Shown here piece after piece: positions 40,269 through 49,048 of a stretch of DNA of 64,000 nt (positions within the stretch are counted from its first letter, which is position 1; every line of letters starts with the position of its first letter). The notes below the pieces were generated by a model. The model made no database searches, had not been told where the DNA came from, and saw only the letters and a program-made list of their open reading frames with translations. A program made the position numbers and the translations under genes. The stretch spans positions 128,001 through 192,000 of the forward strand of contig CAVXKA010000002.1 in assembly GCA_963762255.1 (NCBI GenBank), read 5' to 3'. The DNA is from Candidatus Eiseniibacteriota bacterium (GTDB taxonomy: Bacteria; Eisenbacteria; RBG-16-71-46; JABDJR01).

Positions 40269-41443
40269 GGCGTCTACTTTGCCTCGGGCTCCTGCTGGCC
40301 GCTCCGGCCTTCGGCGCGACCTGGCAACCGGGTTCGCAGGAGATCCCTGCACCGGAAATGAGCGCGAGCCTGGGGGGCGGACAGCCGGTCGCGTCGGGCA
40401 TCGGCGGCGAGGTGTTCATCCTCTTCCAGGACTTCGTCGATGACACGACGTTTCGTGTGGGAGCCCTCGTTCGCGCTGCTGACGGAACGTGGTTGCCGGC
40501 CGAGCTGCTCTCCGGCGATCGCAATGCGCGCAACCCGAGCGTGGCGGTCGGCCAGGATGGCCGCGCCCATGTCGTCTGGGAGGACATCACCGAGGGAGAC
40601 GGGGACATCGTGTATCGGGTCCGCGGTGCGGACGGCATCTGGAGCGAGACGATCTCGATCGCGCCGGCGGCGGGAGCGTCGCGCGAGCCGGTACTGGCCG
40701 TGGACGCGTTCGGCCGAGTTCACGCGGTATGGGTCGATGCGCGCACCGGCCTCCCTCAGATCGTGCATTCCGTTCTGCCTCCCGGGGGCGCATGGGCGCA
40801 ACCCGTTGTGATCAGTGTCGGCGGAGACAACCCGGACGAGCCCTCGGTGGCCGCCGACGGAGTGGGCGGGGTGCACATTGTCTGGCGCGACCGGACCGGC
40901 TCCATACGCACCGGCGTGAGCTACGACATCCTGTACCTGCGCATCGACGCGATGGAGCCCCCGGGTGCGCCGCTCCAACTGGTCAACCACATCGCCATGT
41001 CGCAGTGGCCGGCCATCGCAGCGACGGAGGACGGTGTGCTCCACCTCGTCTGGGCAGACAACCGGGACGCTCAGCGCGGATCCTTCTTCGAGATTTACTA
41101 CAAGCGGTACCTTCCAGGCGTCGGCTGGGGCCATGACAAGCGCTTCACCCGCGACCAGCACGACCACTCCCGCCCGGTGGTGGCCGTCGGCGCCGGCGCA
41201 AGCGTTAACGTGGCGTGGGAGGATTTCCGGGACGGAAATTCGGAGATCTATTTCCGGCAGATCACGCCCGAGTTGGGCTGGGATCCCGCGTCCACCCGTC
41301 TCAGCCTGGACATCTCCTCCTCGCAGACCCCGTCGCTCCTCGCTCTCCCGGACGGGAGCCTCCTCGCTTTGTGGACGGACGCCCGCGGCTTCGGGGACTT
41401 TCGTCTCCTCGTCAAGAGCGGGGCGATCATCGCTCCGCACTGA
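40265..41443 (+). CDS. Secreted beta-propeller (BNR/sialidase-like repeat) protein
   Basis: Signal peptide; about six repeats of P-x-[VLI]-A...G..H[VI]VW.D...IYY...W. Confidence 0.75.
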   Translation: MRRLLCLGLLLAAPAFGATWQPGSQEIPAPEMSASLGGGQPVASGIGGEVFILFQDFVDDTTFRVGALVRAADGTWLPAELLSGDRNARNPSVAVGQDGRAHVVWEDITEGDGDIVYRVRGADGIWSETISIAPAAGASREPVLAVDAFGRVHAVWVDARTGLPQIVHSVLPPGGAWAQPVVISVGGDNPDEPSVAADGVGGVHIVWRDRTGSIRTGVSYDILYLRIDAMEPPGAPLQLVNHIAMSQWPAIAATEDGVLHLVWADNRDAQRGSFFEIYYKRYLPGVGWGHDKRFTRDQHDHSRPVVAVGAGASVNVAWEDFRDGNSEIYFRQITPELGWDPASTRLSLDISSSQTPSLLALPDGSLLALWTDARGFGDFRLLVKSGAIIAPH

Positions 41444-41608
41444 CGCTCGAAGAGTGATTTCCCCCGATTCGGGGGCAAATTCCCCGCGGAGACGCGAATA
41501 CGCGTCCCCCGGGATCGCCTCGCACCTCCGCCCCGGCGATGCCCGGCGTTCCGTATCCGCCTATGGCGAAGCCGCTTGCCCTCCGGCAAGCGCGGCGGGG
41601 GAGTCGAG

Positions 41609-41624
41609 TGGCATGGCGGTTGCT
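41609..41624 (+). promoter_or_regulatory. Sigma54 (-24/-12) promoter
   Basis: TGGCAT-GGCGG-TTGCT with exact spacing; palindromes 110-150 nt upstream. Confidence 0.65.
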
Positions 41625-41676
41625 CAATCATAGATGCACGCGCGGAGCTCACCGGCGCACCGAAAACGAGCGGTGG

Positions 41677-41765
41677 TTTCCCTGCGGTGTTCGTGAAGAC
41701 CTGCGTTGAGACGTTGATCCGCCAGAGTAAACACAGTTCACCAGGCACACGGCATCAGCGGGGAT
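41677..41765 (+). ncRNA. Short 6S-RNA-like hairpin
   Basis: 5' TTTCCCTGCGGTGTTCGTG pairs with 3' CACGGCATCAGCGGGGAT, both resembling 6S terminal-stem sequences as I recall them; inner CCTG/CAGG and TGAG/TTCA helices. Confidence 0.6.
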
Positions 41766-41770
41766 CGAAG

Positions 41771-41802
41771 AGGGCCGGCCCCAGGGCCGGCCCTTTCTTC
41801 TT
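41771..41802 (+). terminator. Intrinsic terminator
   Basis: AGGGCCGGCC-CCAG-GGCCGGCCCT followed by TTCTTCTT. Confidence 0.8.
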
Positions 41803-41811
41803 CCCCTCGCG

Positions 41812-41841
41812 TTGACAGCAATTCCCGGCCTTTGTTAGCTT
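41812..41841 (+). promoter_or_regulatory. Sigma70 promoter for sppA
   Basis: TTGACA-N18-TAGCTT with TG extended -10. Confidence 0.7.
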
Positions 41842-41888
41842 CCCTCCACGTTTCGGCGCGCCTCCACCTCCCACAGAACGAGTCGCCC

Positions 41889-42770
41889 ATGGCCACCCGC
41901 ACACAAGGTCTCCTGCTCGGTTGCCTCGTTCTCTTCGTGATCGGCGGTTTCTTCCTCGTGGCCTCGTCGTTCCTCCTCTCCGGCTCCTGGCCGGGCGGCG
42001 ATCTCGGCGGCTTGGGGAGCGGTCGCGTCGGCCTCGTGGTCATCGAAGGTCCCATCGAATCGTCCCGGGACCTGGTGCAGGAGATCGACGACAACCGCAA
42101 GGATCCCAGTATCAAGGCGGTCGTGCTGCGGGTGGACAGCCCCGGTGGCGAGGTGGCTCCCTCCCAGGAACTCCACTCGGCGGTGAGCCGGCTCGCGGAG
42201 GTGAAACCGGTGGTGGCCTCGCTGGGGAGCGTCGCTGCATCGGGGGGATACTACGTCGCGGTCGCGGCGGATTCGGTCATCGCGGATCCGGGCACCCTGA
42301 CCGGCAGCATCGGCGTGATCTTCGCGTATCCCACCGCGAAGGCTCTCATGGACAAGCTCGGCGTGACGCTGCAGGTCTACAAGAGCGGCGAACTCAAGGA
42401 CATGGGTTCGTATGCGCGCGAGCCCACCGAGGAAGAGGGCGAGGTCTTCGACGCGTTGATCGCCGACGTGTACGATCAGTTCGTGAGCGCGGTGGCCGAT
42501 GGACGAAGGATGGAGAGGGATCGTGTGATCGCCCTCGCCGATGGGCGCGTGTATACCGGCCGGCAAGCGGTGGAGATCGGCCTCGTGGATCGGCTGGGTG
42601 ACCTGCACGAGGCGATCAACGTGGCTGCGGAGTTGGGCGGACTCCAAGAGGATCCCTCGGTCGTGCGCAAGGCCAAACCGCGACTTCCCCTCCTCGACCT
42701 CCTCGACACCGTCCTCGGCTCGGGGGCCCGGGCCACCTGGGGACCCCGCCTGGAGTACCGCCTCCGCTGA
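41889..42770 (+). CDS. sppA: Signal peptide peptidase SppA (36K type)
   Basis: LRVDSPGG, AASGGYYVA, TGSIGV, KSGELKD, ADGRVYTGRQA. Confidence 0.95.
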   Translation: MATRTQGLLLGCLVLFVIGGFFLVASSFLLSGSWPGGDLGGLGSGRVGLVVIEGPIESSRDLVQEIDDNRKDPSIKAVVLRVDSPGGEVAPSQELHSAVSRLAEVKPVVASLGSVAASGGYYVAVAADSVIADPGTLTGSIGVIFAYPTAKALMDKLGVTLQVYKSGELKDMGSYAREPTEEEGEVFDALIADVYDQFVSAVADGRRMERDRVIALADGRVYTGRQAVEIGLVDRLGDLHEAINVAAELGGLQEDPSVVRKAKPRLPLLDLLDTVLGSGARATWGPRLEYRLR

Positions 42771-42845
42771 TCCCCGGCGGTTCGACGGTTCAGGGTCGCT
42801 CGCCGGAACCGCCCCCACCAGCACGCTCTCTAGGGGCCCTCCCGC

Positions 42846-42874
42846 TTGAATTCCCCAGTATGTTGTGGTAGGGT
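42846..42874 (+). promoter_or_regulatory. Putative sigma70 promoter about 400 nt upstream of the PilZ gene
   Basis: TTGAAT-N17-TAGGGT with TG extended -10. Confidence 0.5.
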
Positions 42875-43277
42875 GCGCAGGTTCGTTGGCTTGCGACCGG
42901 ATGGCTTCAAGGGGGGCTTGGGGTCTCTCGGATCGTGCCCTGCACCCCGCCGCCCGCGGCGCCTGAGTGGCTGAAAACGCCGTCGCATGTGATAGGTTCT
43001 AGGAAAGCGACCGGCGTGCCACTTCCGAGGATGCCGTCGGTCGGATCGGCTTGCGCCCCCTCGCCGGGTTCTCTTGGGTTTGAATCCGGCCGACTGGGAT
43101 CGGGGGCTTTGCTCGCGGGTCCTTGGTCTTACCAGAGCGGAGAGTTCGGGAGCCCCGCACGCGGGGCTTTTCCGTGGGGAAGGGAACTCCCCGCACTGTT
43201 GGGTGTATCTGGAGCCGATGGGCGTTCCCCGGCCCATCCCCCGGCGACCCGCCATGTGGGCGGTGCGGAGGAGTGAA

Positions 43278-43685
43278 ATGGCGAAGAATGCGGTGAAGGA
43301 GCGGAGGAAAGCTCCACGTATCGATACGCGTCTGGCGTTGCAGGTGGAACGGGCTACGAAGCCTGCGACCGAGAGACCGATCACAACGGAGAGCCTGAAC
43401 CTGTCCAGCGGCGGGCTCTGCTGCCAGGTGCGTAGCTACGTCGAGCCACTGACCCGGGTCGGGCTCACGGTGCTTCTGCCTTCCTTCGGCAGGAAGGGTA
43501 AGAAGACGCAGGTGGTGACCTGCAACGGCGTCGTGGTGCGGTGCGATACCCATACTCCGCATCAGGAATACGAACTGGCCTGCACGTTCACGGACATCAA
43601 GAAAGAGGACAAGGTGCTCATCGAGGAGTACATTGGCTGGCGGCTGATGCAGGACCTCGTGGACGAGCGGCTGTCTCAACCCTGA
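43278..43685 (+). CDS. PilZ-domain c-di-GMP-binding protein
   Basis: ERRKAPR (RxxxR) and NLSSGG ([D/N]xSxxG); GGAGGAG ribosome-binding site. Confidence 0.9.
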   Translation: MAKNAVKERRKAPRIDTRLALQVERATKPATERPITTESLNLSSGGLCCQVRSYVEPLTRVGLTVLLPSFGRKGKKTQVVTCNGVVVRCDTHTPHQEYELACTFTDIKKEDKVLIEEYIGWRLMQDLVDERLSQP

Positions 43686-43723
43686 CCCCGGCCCGGGCCG
43701 GGAGTCGGATCGAAAGCGCACTC

Positions 43724-44752
43724 ATGAAACTGCGATCTCGACTGTCGTTCGCAAGCCGGCCCGAGCGGAAGCCCCGCATCGCGATCCTTGCCGCCACGGT
43801 GCTTGCCTTTGGGGCGCTGGCGTCTCCCGCCCTGGCGGTGGACAAATTCGCCGCGGAGTTCCTCAAGATCGGCGTGGGCGCCCGGGCTCTCGGCATGGGA
43901 GGCGCGTTCGTCTCCATCGCCGACGACGCCAGCGCCACGTACTGGAACCCCGCCGGCATCGTGCAGCTCCAATCGCGCGAGGCCCTGGGGATGCACGCGA
44001 GCCAGTTCGGCGGTGTGGTCGCCCATGACGTCCTCGGCGTGGTGGCCCCCTTGCGGTCCGGCGGATCGGACGCCGCCGTCGGCCTTACCCTGATCCGCCT
44101 CGGCGTGGACGACATTCGCGTGACCAAGGACGCCGTGATCGGCACCGACGAGAACGGTAACCCGGTCCTCGACCCATCGCTCATCACCAAGAAGAGCGCG
44201 TACGACCTCGCCCTGCTCCTCACGTACGCCCGCACGGTCGGGGTCCGCTGGGCGGCGGGCGTCAACGTGAAATTGATCCGCCAGTCGCTGGTGGGCGAGG
44301 GGGCGAGCTTCGGGATCGGCGCCGACTTCGGCCTGCGCTATCAGCCGAACCCGTCCGTGGCGTTCGGCGTGCGTCTGGCCGACATCACGACCACACAGCT
44401 CTATTGGGATACCGGAAGACGCGAGACGGTGGCTCCCACGGTCACGCTGGGCGTGCACGGCACGCGAGCCGTCGAAGCGCTCCAGGGCTCGCTGACCGTG
44501 GGCCTCGACTCGAACTTCGCCTTCGAGGGACAAGAGGCCGACCAGTTCCACACCGGGAACCTGTCCGGCAACTTCCTCCCGGGTCTCGAGTATCTGTTCC
44601 GCGACACCGTCGCCCTACGGGTGGGTTCCAATGCCGGCGACTTCACCGCCGGCGCCGGTGTACGCTACAGGCAAGTCGGGGCGGACTACGCGTATCTATC
44701 GCATGATCAATTGGACGGGACGCATCGCGTCAGCGCGCTCGTGCGGTTCTGA
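43724..44752 (+). CDS. PorV/PorQ-family (FadL-like) outer-membrane beta-barrel
   Basis: FLKIGVGARALGMGGAF...DDASATYWNPAG; terminal THRVSALVRF. Confidence 0.85.
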   Translation: MKLRSRLSFASRPERKPRIAILAATVLAFGALASPALAVDKFAAEFLKIGVGARALGMGGAFVSIADDASATYWNPAGIVQLQSREALGMHASQFGGVVAHDVLGVVAPLRSGGSDAAVGLTLIRLGVDDIRVTKDAVIGTDENGNPVLDPSLITKKSAYDLALLLTYARTVGVRWAAGVNVKLIRQSLVGEGASFGIGADFGLRYQPNPSVAFGVRLADITTTQLYWDTGRRETVAPTVTLGVHGTRAVEALQGSLTVGLDSNFAFEGQEADQFHTGNLSGNFLPGLEYLFRDTVALRVGSNAGDFTAGAGVRYRQVGADYAYLSHDQLDGTHRVSALVRF

Positions 44753-44821
44753 TCTGCTATCGGGCGGGGGCGCAGTGAAGCCGCGCGCTTCGGCACGCTG
44801 TCTATTGAAGAGGGGGGTGCG

Positions 44822-46054
44822 ATGAAGCGCGTCATGGCCTTCGCGCTGGCGGGGGGACGAACGCGAGGGCTCTCCGTCCTGTCCCAGCCGCGATCGGTCG
44901 CCGCCGTGCCTTTTGCCGGCAAGTTCCGCCTCATCGACTTCACCCTTTCCAACTGCGTCAACTCCGAAATCTCGGACATCGCGGTGTTGGCGCAATATGC
45001 GCCTCTCTCCCTGGCCCAACACCTCGGTCGGGGAGAACCCTGGGATCTGAACCGCCGGGACGGAGGCGTCCAGATCCTCCAGCCCTACGCGCGGCAGGAG
45101 GGAGCGCGCTGGTACGAGGGCACCGCCGACGCTCTTCGGCAGAATCTCGACGTTATCGAGAACTCCGGCGCCGAGCGAGTCTTCCTGCTTTCCAGCGATC
45201 TCATCTACAAGATGGACTATTCCTGGATGCTCCAGCATCACCTGGACTCCGGAGCCAAGGTCACGCTCGCCGCGGGGAATGTGCCTTACGGCGAATCGAT
45301 GCGTTTCGGCATGATCAGGACGGACGAGACGGGGCGCGTCCTCGAGTTCGTCGAGAAACCCACCGTTACCGACGCGCACCTCGCCTTTATGGGCGTCTAT
45401 CTTTTTGACGCGCCCTTCCTCAAACGGATCCTGACCGAGACGCAGGGGCCGAACCTCATCCTGGACGTCCTGATGCCCTTCATCCACGACGCGGACCTGG
45501 TGCGGACGTATTCCTTCGGCGGGTACTGGGATGACGTAGGGAGCCTCCCTCACTATTTCAGGGCGCATCAGCGACTCCTCGGTGACGATCCCGCGCCGAA
45601 CCTCTACGATCCGGGTTGGCGCATTTACACCCGAAGCGAAGAGATGCCCCCCGTGGTCTTCCACGACTCGGCGGAGGTCAGCGACAGCCTCCTGTCCAAC
45701 GGGGCGGTGATCGCGGGGAAGGTGGAGCGCTCCGTGCTCTCGCCGGGCGTGCACGTGGGCCCCGGCGCGGTGGTGCGGGACGCGGTCCTCCTGAACGGCA
45801 CGTACGTCGGGCCGGGCGCAGTGGTCGAGCGCGCGGTGGTCGACAAGAACGTGATGATCGGTCCCGGGGCCAGGGTAGGACGCATCGACGCCGATGCCAC
45901 CTGCGGAAACCCTGAGTTCGAGGGCATCACCTTGGTCGGCAAGTGGGCGCGCATCGCGGACGGAGCCCAGATTGAGCCGGGGGTCGTGGTGACCCCTGGT
46001 GAGCCGATGCCTGAGGAGCAACACTATGCCCGCATCGGCGAGGTGCAGATGTGA
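44822..46054 (+). CDS. Glucose-1-phosphate adenylyltransferase-like subunit (divergent, GlgD-like)
   Basis: AVPFAGKFRLIDFTLSNC, WYEGTADA, FVEKP and left-handed beta-helix tail; degenerate motifs RSVAA (for RAKPA) and SSD (for SGD). Confidence 0.8.
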   Translation: MKRVMAFALAGGRTRGLSVLSQPRSVAAVPFAGKFRLIDFTLSNCVNSEISDIAVLAQYAPLSLAQHLGRGEPWDLNRRDGGVQILQPYARQEGARWYEGTADALRQNLDVIENSGAERVFLLSSDLIYKMDYSWMLQHHLDSGAKVTLAAGNVPYGESMRFGMIRTDETGRVLEFVEKPTVTDAHLAFMGVYLFDAPFLKRILTETQGPNLILDVLMPFIHDADLVRTYSFGGYWDDVGSLPHYFRAHQRLLGDDPAPNLYDPGWRIYTRSEEMPPVVFHDSAEVSDSLLSNGAVIAGKVERSVLSPGVHVGPGAVVRDAVLLNGTYVGPGAVVERAVVDKNVMIGPGARVGRIDADATCGNPEFEGITLVGKWARIADGAQIEPGVVVTPGEPMPEEQHYARIGEVQM

Positions 46055-47340
46055 GCAGTGTCTACGTGATGATTCTGGCCGGCGGGGTGGGCAGCCGGCT
46101 CTCCATCCTCACCGAGCAGCGCGCCAAGCCGGCGGTTCCGTTCGGCGGAAAGTTCCGCATCATCGACTTCGCGCTATCGAACTGCGCCAATAGCGGTCTC
46201 TTCGACGTGGGCTTGCTCACTCAGTATCGGCCGATGTCGCTGATCGAGCACGTGGGCACCGGAAGGACATGGGATCTGGACCGAACCCTGGGCGGGCTCC
46301 AGATCTTGCAGCCGTATCTCGAAGCGGAGTCGGGCGACTGGTATCAGGGAACCGCCGACGCAGTGTGCCGTAACCTCGTGCAGATCACCCAGCGATCGGT
46401 CGAGGACGTGATCATCCTCTCCGGCGACCATGTCTACGCGATGGACTACCGGCCGCTCCTGCGCTTTCACCGCGAGCGGCGCTTTCCCGCCACCATCGCG
46501 GTGACGCCGGTCCCGCCCGATCTCACCCGCCACTTCGGCATCGTGCAGACCGATTCGCGCGCCCAGATCACCGGGTTCCAGGAGAAGCCGAAGGAGGCGG
46601 ACGGTAACCTCGCCTCGATGGGCATCTATGTGTTCCGGCGCGACACGCTGATTCGTTTGCTGCAGGAGAGCGGGGACGACGGCGCTCCCCGACAGGATTT
46701 CGGCAAGGACATCTTCCCCCGTCTCATCCAGGTGGCCGACGTGGGAGCACACACCTTCGACGGCTACTGGCAGGACATCGGAACGGTGGAGTCCTTCTAC
46801 GAATCCAACATGAAGCTGCTCGATCCCCACCACAGCCTCAAGCTCGCGCGTCACTCCTGGCCGATCCGCACTCCGAGCGTGGAGGCGCCGGCTGCCCGCG
46901 TCTGGGGACGCGGGAGTATTCGGCGCAGCCTCGCGGCCAACGGCGCCGTGGTGCGGGGCAAGGTGGAGAACAGCATTCTGTTCCCCGGGGTGGTCGTGGA
47001 CGAAGGCGCCGTGGTGCGGGACTCGATTCTCATGAACGATGTCCACGTGCACGCCAATGCCCGGGTGATACGCGCGATCCTCGACAAGCGCGCACATGTG
47101 GACACCGGGGCTCAGATCGGAGGCGACGGCCCCGGCGCGCCCAACGCGACCATCCCCGAGCTTCTCGTTTGCGGCATCACGCTCTTGGGGAAGGACGTGC
47201 AGGTCGGCGACGGCGCCCGTATCGGTCGCAACGCGTGCATCGGTGCCAAGCAGGAAGTGGACGCGGGGGACGACCTGCCGGACGGGGCCTACCGCGAGGG
47301 GCGCCTCGGACGTCCGGGAGTGCCTGCGACGCGGCGCTGA
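46051..47340 (+). CDS. glgC: Glucose-1-phosphate adenylyltransferase
   Basis: [45 protein letters not shown]. Confidence 0.92.
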   Translation: MSSVYVMILAGGVGSRLSILTEQRAKPAVPFGGKFRIIDFALSNCANSGLFDVGLLTQYRPMSLIEHVGTGRTWDLDRTLGGLQILQPYLEAESGDWYQGTADAVCRNLVQITQRSVEDVIILSGDHVYAMDYRPLLRFHRERRFPATIAVTPVPPDLTRHFGIVQTDSRAQITGFQEKPKEADGNLASMGIYVFRRDTLIRLLQESGDDGAPRQDFGKDIFPRLIQVADVGAHTFDGYWQDIGTVESFYESNMKLLDPHHSLKLARHSWPIRTPSVEAPAARVWGRGSIRRSLAANGAVVRGKVENSILFPGVVVDEGAVVRDSILMNDVHVHANARVIRAILDKRAHVDTGAQIGGDGPGAPNATIPELLVCGITLLGKDVQVGDGARIGRNACIGAKQEVDAGDDLPDGAYREGRLGRPGVPATRR

Positions 47341-47341
47341 A

Positions 47342-48652
47342 CTAGCGGGGGATTTTCAGCCGCTGCCCAGTGCGCAAGAGGCTCGACTTGCCGAGGGCGT
47401 TGGCGCGCTGAAGCGCCCCGACGGAGACGCCATAGCGCTTGGCGATTCCCCAGAGCGTCTCACCCGACTTGACCCGGTGCGTGCGCGAGTCGGGAGCCGC
47501 AGGCGTTCGCGGTTGGGTCAGAACTCCGCGCTCCAGACTGTCCCGCACGCGTGCGGCCGATCCCTGCGGAACGCGGGCGCTGACCTCGTGACCGTCGGCC
47601 GGAGTCACATCCCGCAGCCACGCCGGGTTCAACACCCGCAGCGACTCCGCCGGCGCCTCGCACACCTTCGCCAAGTCCGCGACCCGCACCGGATGGGGTA
47701 GCGTCACCACTTCGTAGTTGAGCGGCGTCTCCGCGGCGGGCAGGTTGAGCATGAACTCCTCGCCGTCGCCGACCAAGGATGCCAGAGCCACCGCCCGCGG
47801 AACGTAGCGCTTGGTCTCGGCAGGCAAGTCGAGGCTCCAGAAATCGGCCGAGTCCCGCCCTGCCGTCGCCCGATCCACGCAGCCAGGGCCGCAGTTGAAG
47901 GCAGCCAGCGCGAGGAGCCCGGTCCCCGTGTCCCGCTTGAGTTCGCCGAGGTAGCGGCACGCGGCGCGCGTCGCGATCTCCCAGTCCCGGCGCTGGTCGC
48001 GGTCTGGCGTAATCACCAGACCAAGGTAACGCGCGGTGGGGGAAACGATCTGCCAGGGACCGACCGCGTTGGAGGGGCTGCGCGCGCCGGGATCGAGTCC
48101 GCTCTCGATGAGGGTCAGCACCCAGAGTTCCGCAGGAAGCCCCTCCTCCCTGAGGACTCTCAGAACGTCCGCACGATAGGGCGCGGCACCGCGCAGCCAT
48201 CTGTCCACCGTGCGCGCGCCGTCCCCCTGGTAATGCTCCCGCCACCGCGCGACTTCCGGATGGGCTTCATCCGACCGGGTCCACCAGGGCGCGGCCGGCG
48301 GGGCGGCGCTGTCATGCGGCGCGGCGACCGCGCACTCGGCGGCCACCTGCGAGAACGCCATGAGCGCCAGGGCGGCGGTCACCAGAGAATCCCCCTCCGT
48401 CGAGGAGGAGAAGCCTTCCAGCTTGAGACGGCTCAGGAGCTCGGTGGCAGCGGCGGCAGCGGCAGCGGGCCTTCCGGACGCAAGCAGCATCTGCGCCCCT
48501 TCGAGCTGAAGCCGCAGGTCGTCGAGGCGGGGATCCGAGGCGCGCCCCGGCCCGGCGGTCGCCGGGGGCGCCGCGGGAGGCGGGGAGGTCGCGCAGGCGG
48601 CGAGCACCCATCCGAGCACAAGCATGAGGGGCAGGCATCTACGGAGGACCAC
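47342..48652 (-). CDS. mltD: MltD-like lytic transglycosylase lipoprotein with LysM domain
   Basis: Lipobox LAAC; SLT motifs IESG, AVGPWQI, ALAAFNCG, ETKRYVP; LysM HRVKSGETLWGIAKRYGV. Confidence 0.85.
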   Translation of the reverse strand: MVLRRCLPLMLVLGWVLAACATSPPPAAPPATAGPGRASDPRLDDLRLQLEGAQMLLASGRPAAAAAAATELLSRLKLEGFSSSTEGDSLVTAALALMAFSQVAAECAVAAPHDSAAPPAAPWWTRSDEAHPEVARWREHYQGDGARTVDRWLRGAAPYRADVLRVLREEGLPAELWVLTLIESGLDPGARSPSNAVGPWQIVSPTARYLGLVITPDRDQRRDWEIATRAACRYLGELKRDTGTGLLALAAFNCGPGCVDRATAGRDSADFWSLDLPAETKRYVPRAVALASLVGDGEEFMLNLPAAETPLNYEVVTLPHPVRVADLAKVCEAPAESLRVLNPAWLRDVTPADGHEVSARVPQGSAARVRDSLERGVLTQPRTPAAPDSRTHRVKSGETLWGIAKRYGVSVGALQRANALGKSSLLRTGQRLKIPR

Positions 48653-48700
48653 TGAGCGGCATTGTACCAGCCCGCGGCACGGGGGCCCATCACCTGCGGG

Positions 48701-48728
48701 TCAAGGACGACGGCAGGGCCGCCGATAA
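48701..48728 (+). promoter_or_regulatory. Sigma28 (FliA/WhiG)-type promoter
   Basis: TCAAG-N15-GCCGATAA, with a perfect -10 octamer 30 nt upstream of GTG 48758. Confidence 0.55.
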
Positions 48729-48757
48729 CAGGGGGATTGCCGAAGAGGGGGATCCAC

Positions 48758-49048
48758 GTGGCATTCGAAGACTACCGCATGAAGGCACAGGTCCGCGCGA
48801 TTCTCGTGCGTCGCTGGGTGGATCTGAGCAAGTTGGAGTACAGCGTGACCAATGGGGTCGTCTACCTTCGAGGGTCGTTACGTCCCTACCTGACAGAGAG
48901 AATGAAGGATTCCGCCAAGAACGACGATCTCGAGCTGGAGATGGTGGTCCGCCTGGAGCGGTCGCTTCGATCGCTCCAGGGTGTGCGGGACGTCGTGTTT
49001 CAGCTCGATCGATTGAAGAAGGTCGGCTGGCGATGGAGGATCCAATGA
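48758..49048 (+). CDS. Small BON-domain-like protein
   Basis: YSVTNGVVYLRG...LRSLQGVRDVVFQL resembles the BON pattern; GAGGGGG ribosome-binding site. Confidence 0.65.
   Translation: MAFEDYRMKAQVRAILVRRWVDLSKLEYSVTNGVVYLRGSLRPYLTERMKDSAKNDDLELEMVVRLERSLRSLQGVRDVVFQLDRLKKVGWRWRIQ

Noticed and set aside
37254-40352. Very long antisense ORFs (1032 aa here; also 6410-8797, 11867-14377, 15154-17682)
   Set aside because: Shadow frames opposite well-supported genes, expected at high GC; no motifs of their own.
41576-41815. 79-aa ORF spanning the 6S-like element
   Set aside because: Weak TTG start without SD, atypical codon usage, and it runs through the sigma54 motif and the terminator.
42880-43270. 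Known c-di-GMP-I or -II riboswitch
   Set aside because: The expected GCAAA/GNRA tetraloop-receptor and class II kink-turn/pseudoknot consensus motifs were not found by eye; kept only as an unassigned structured leader.
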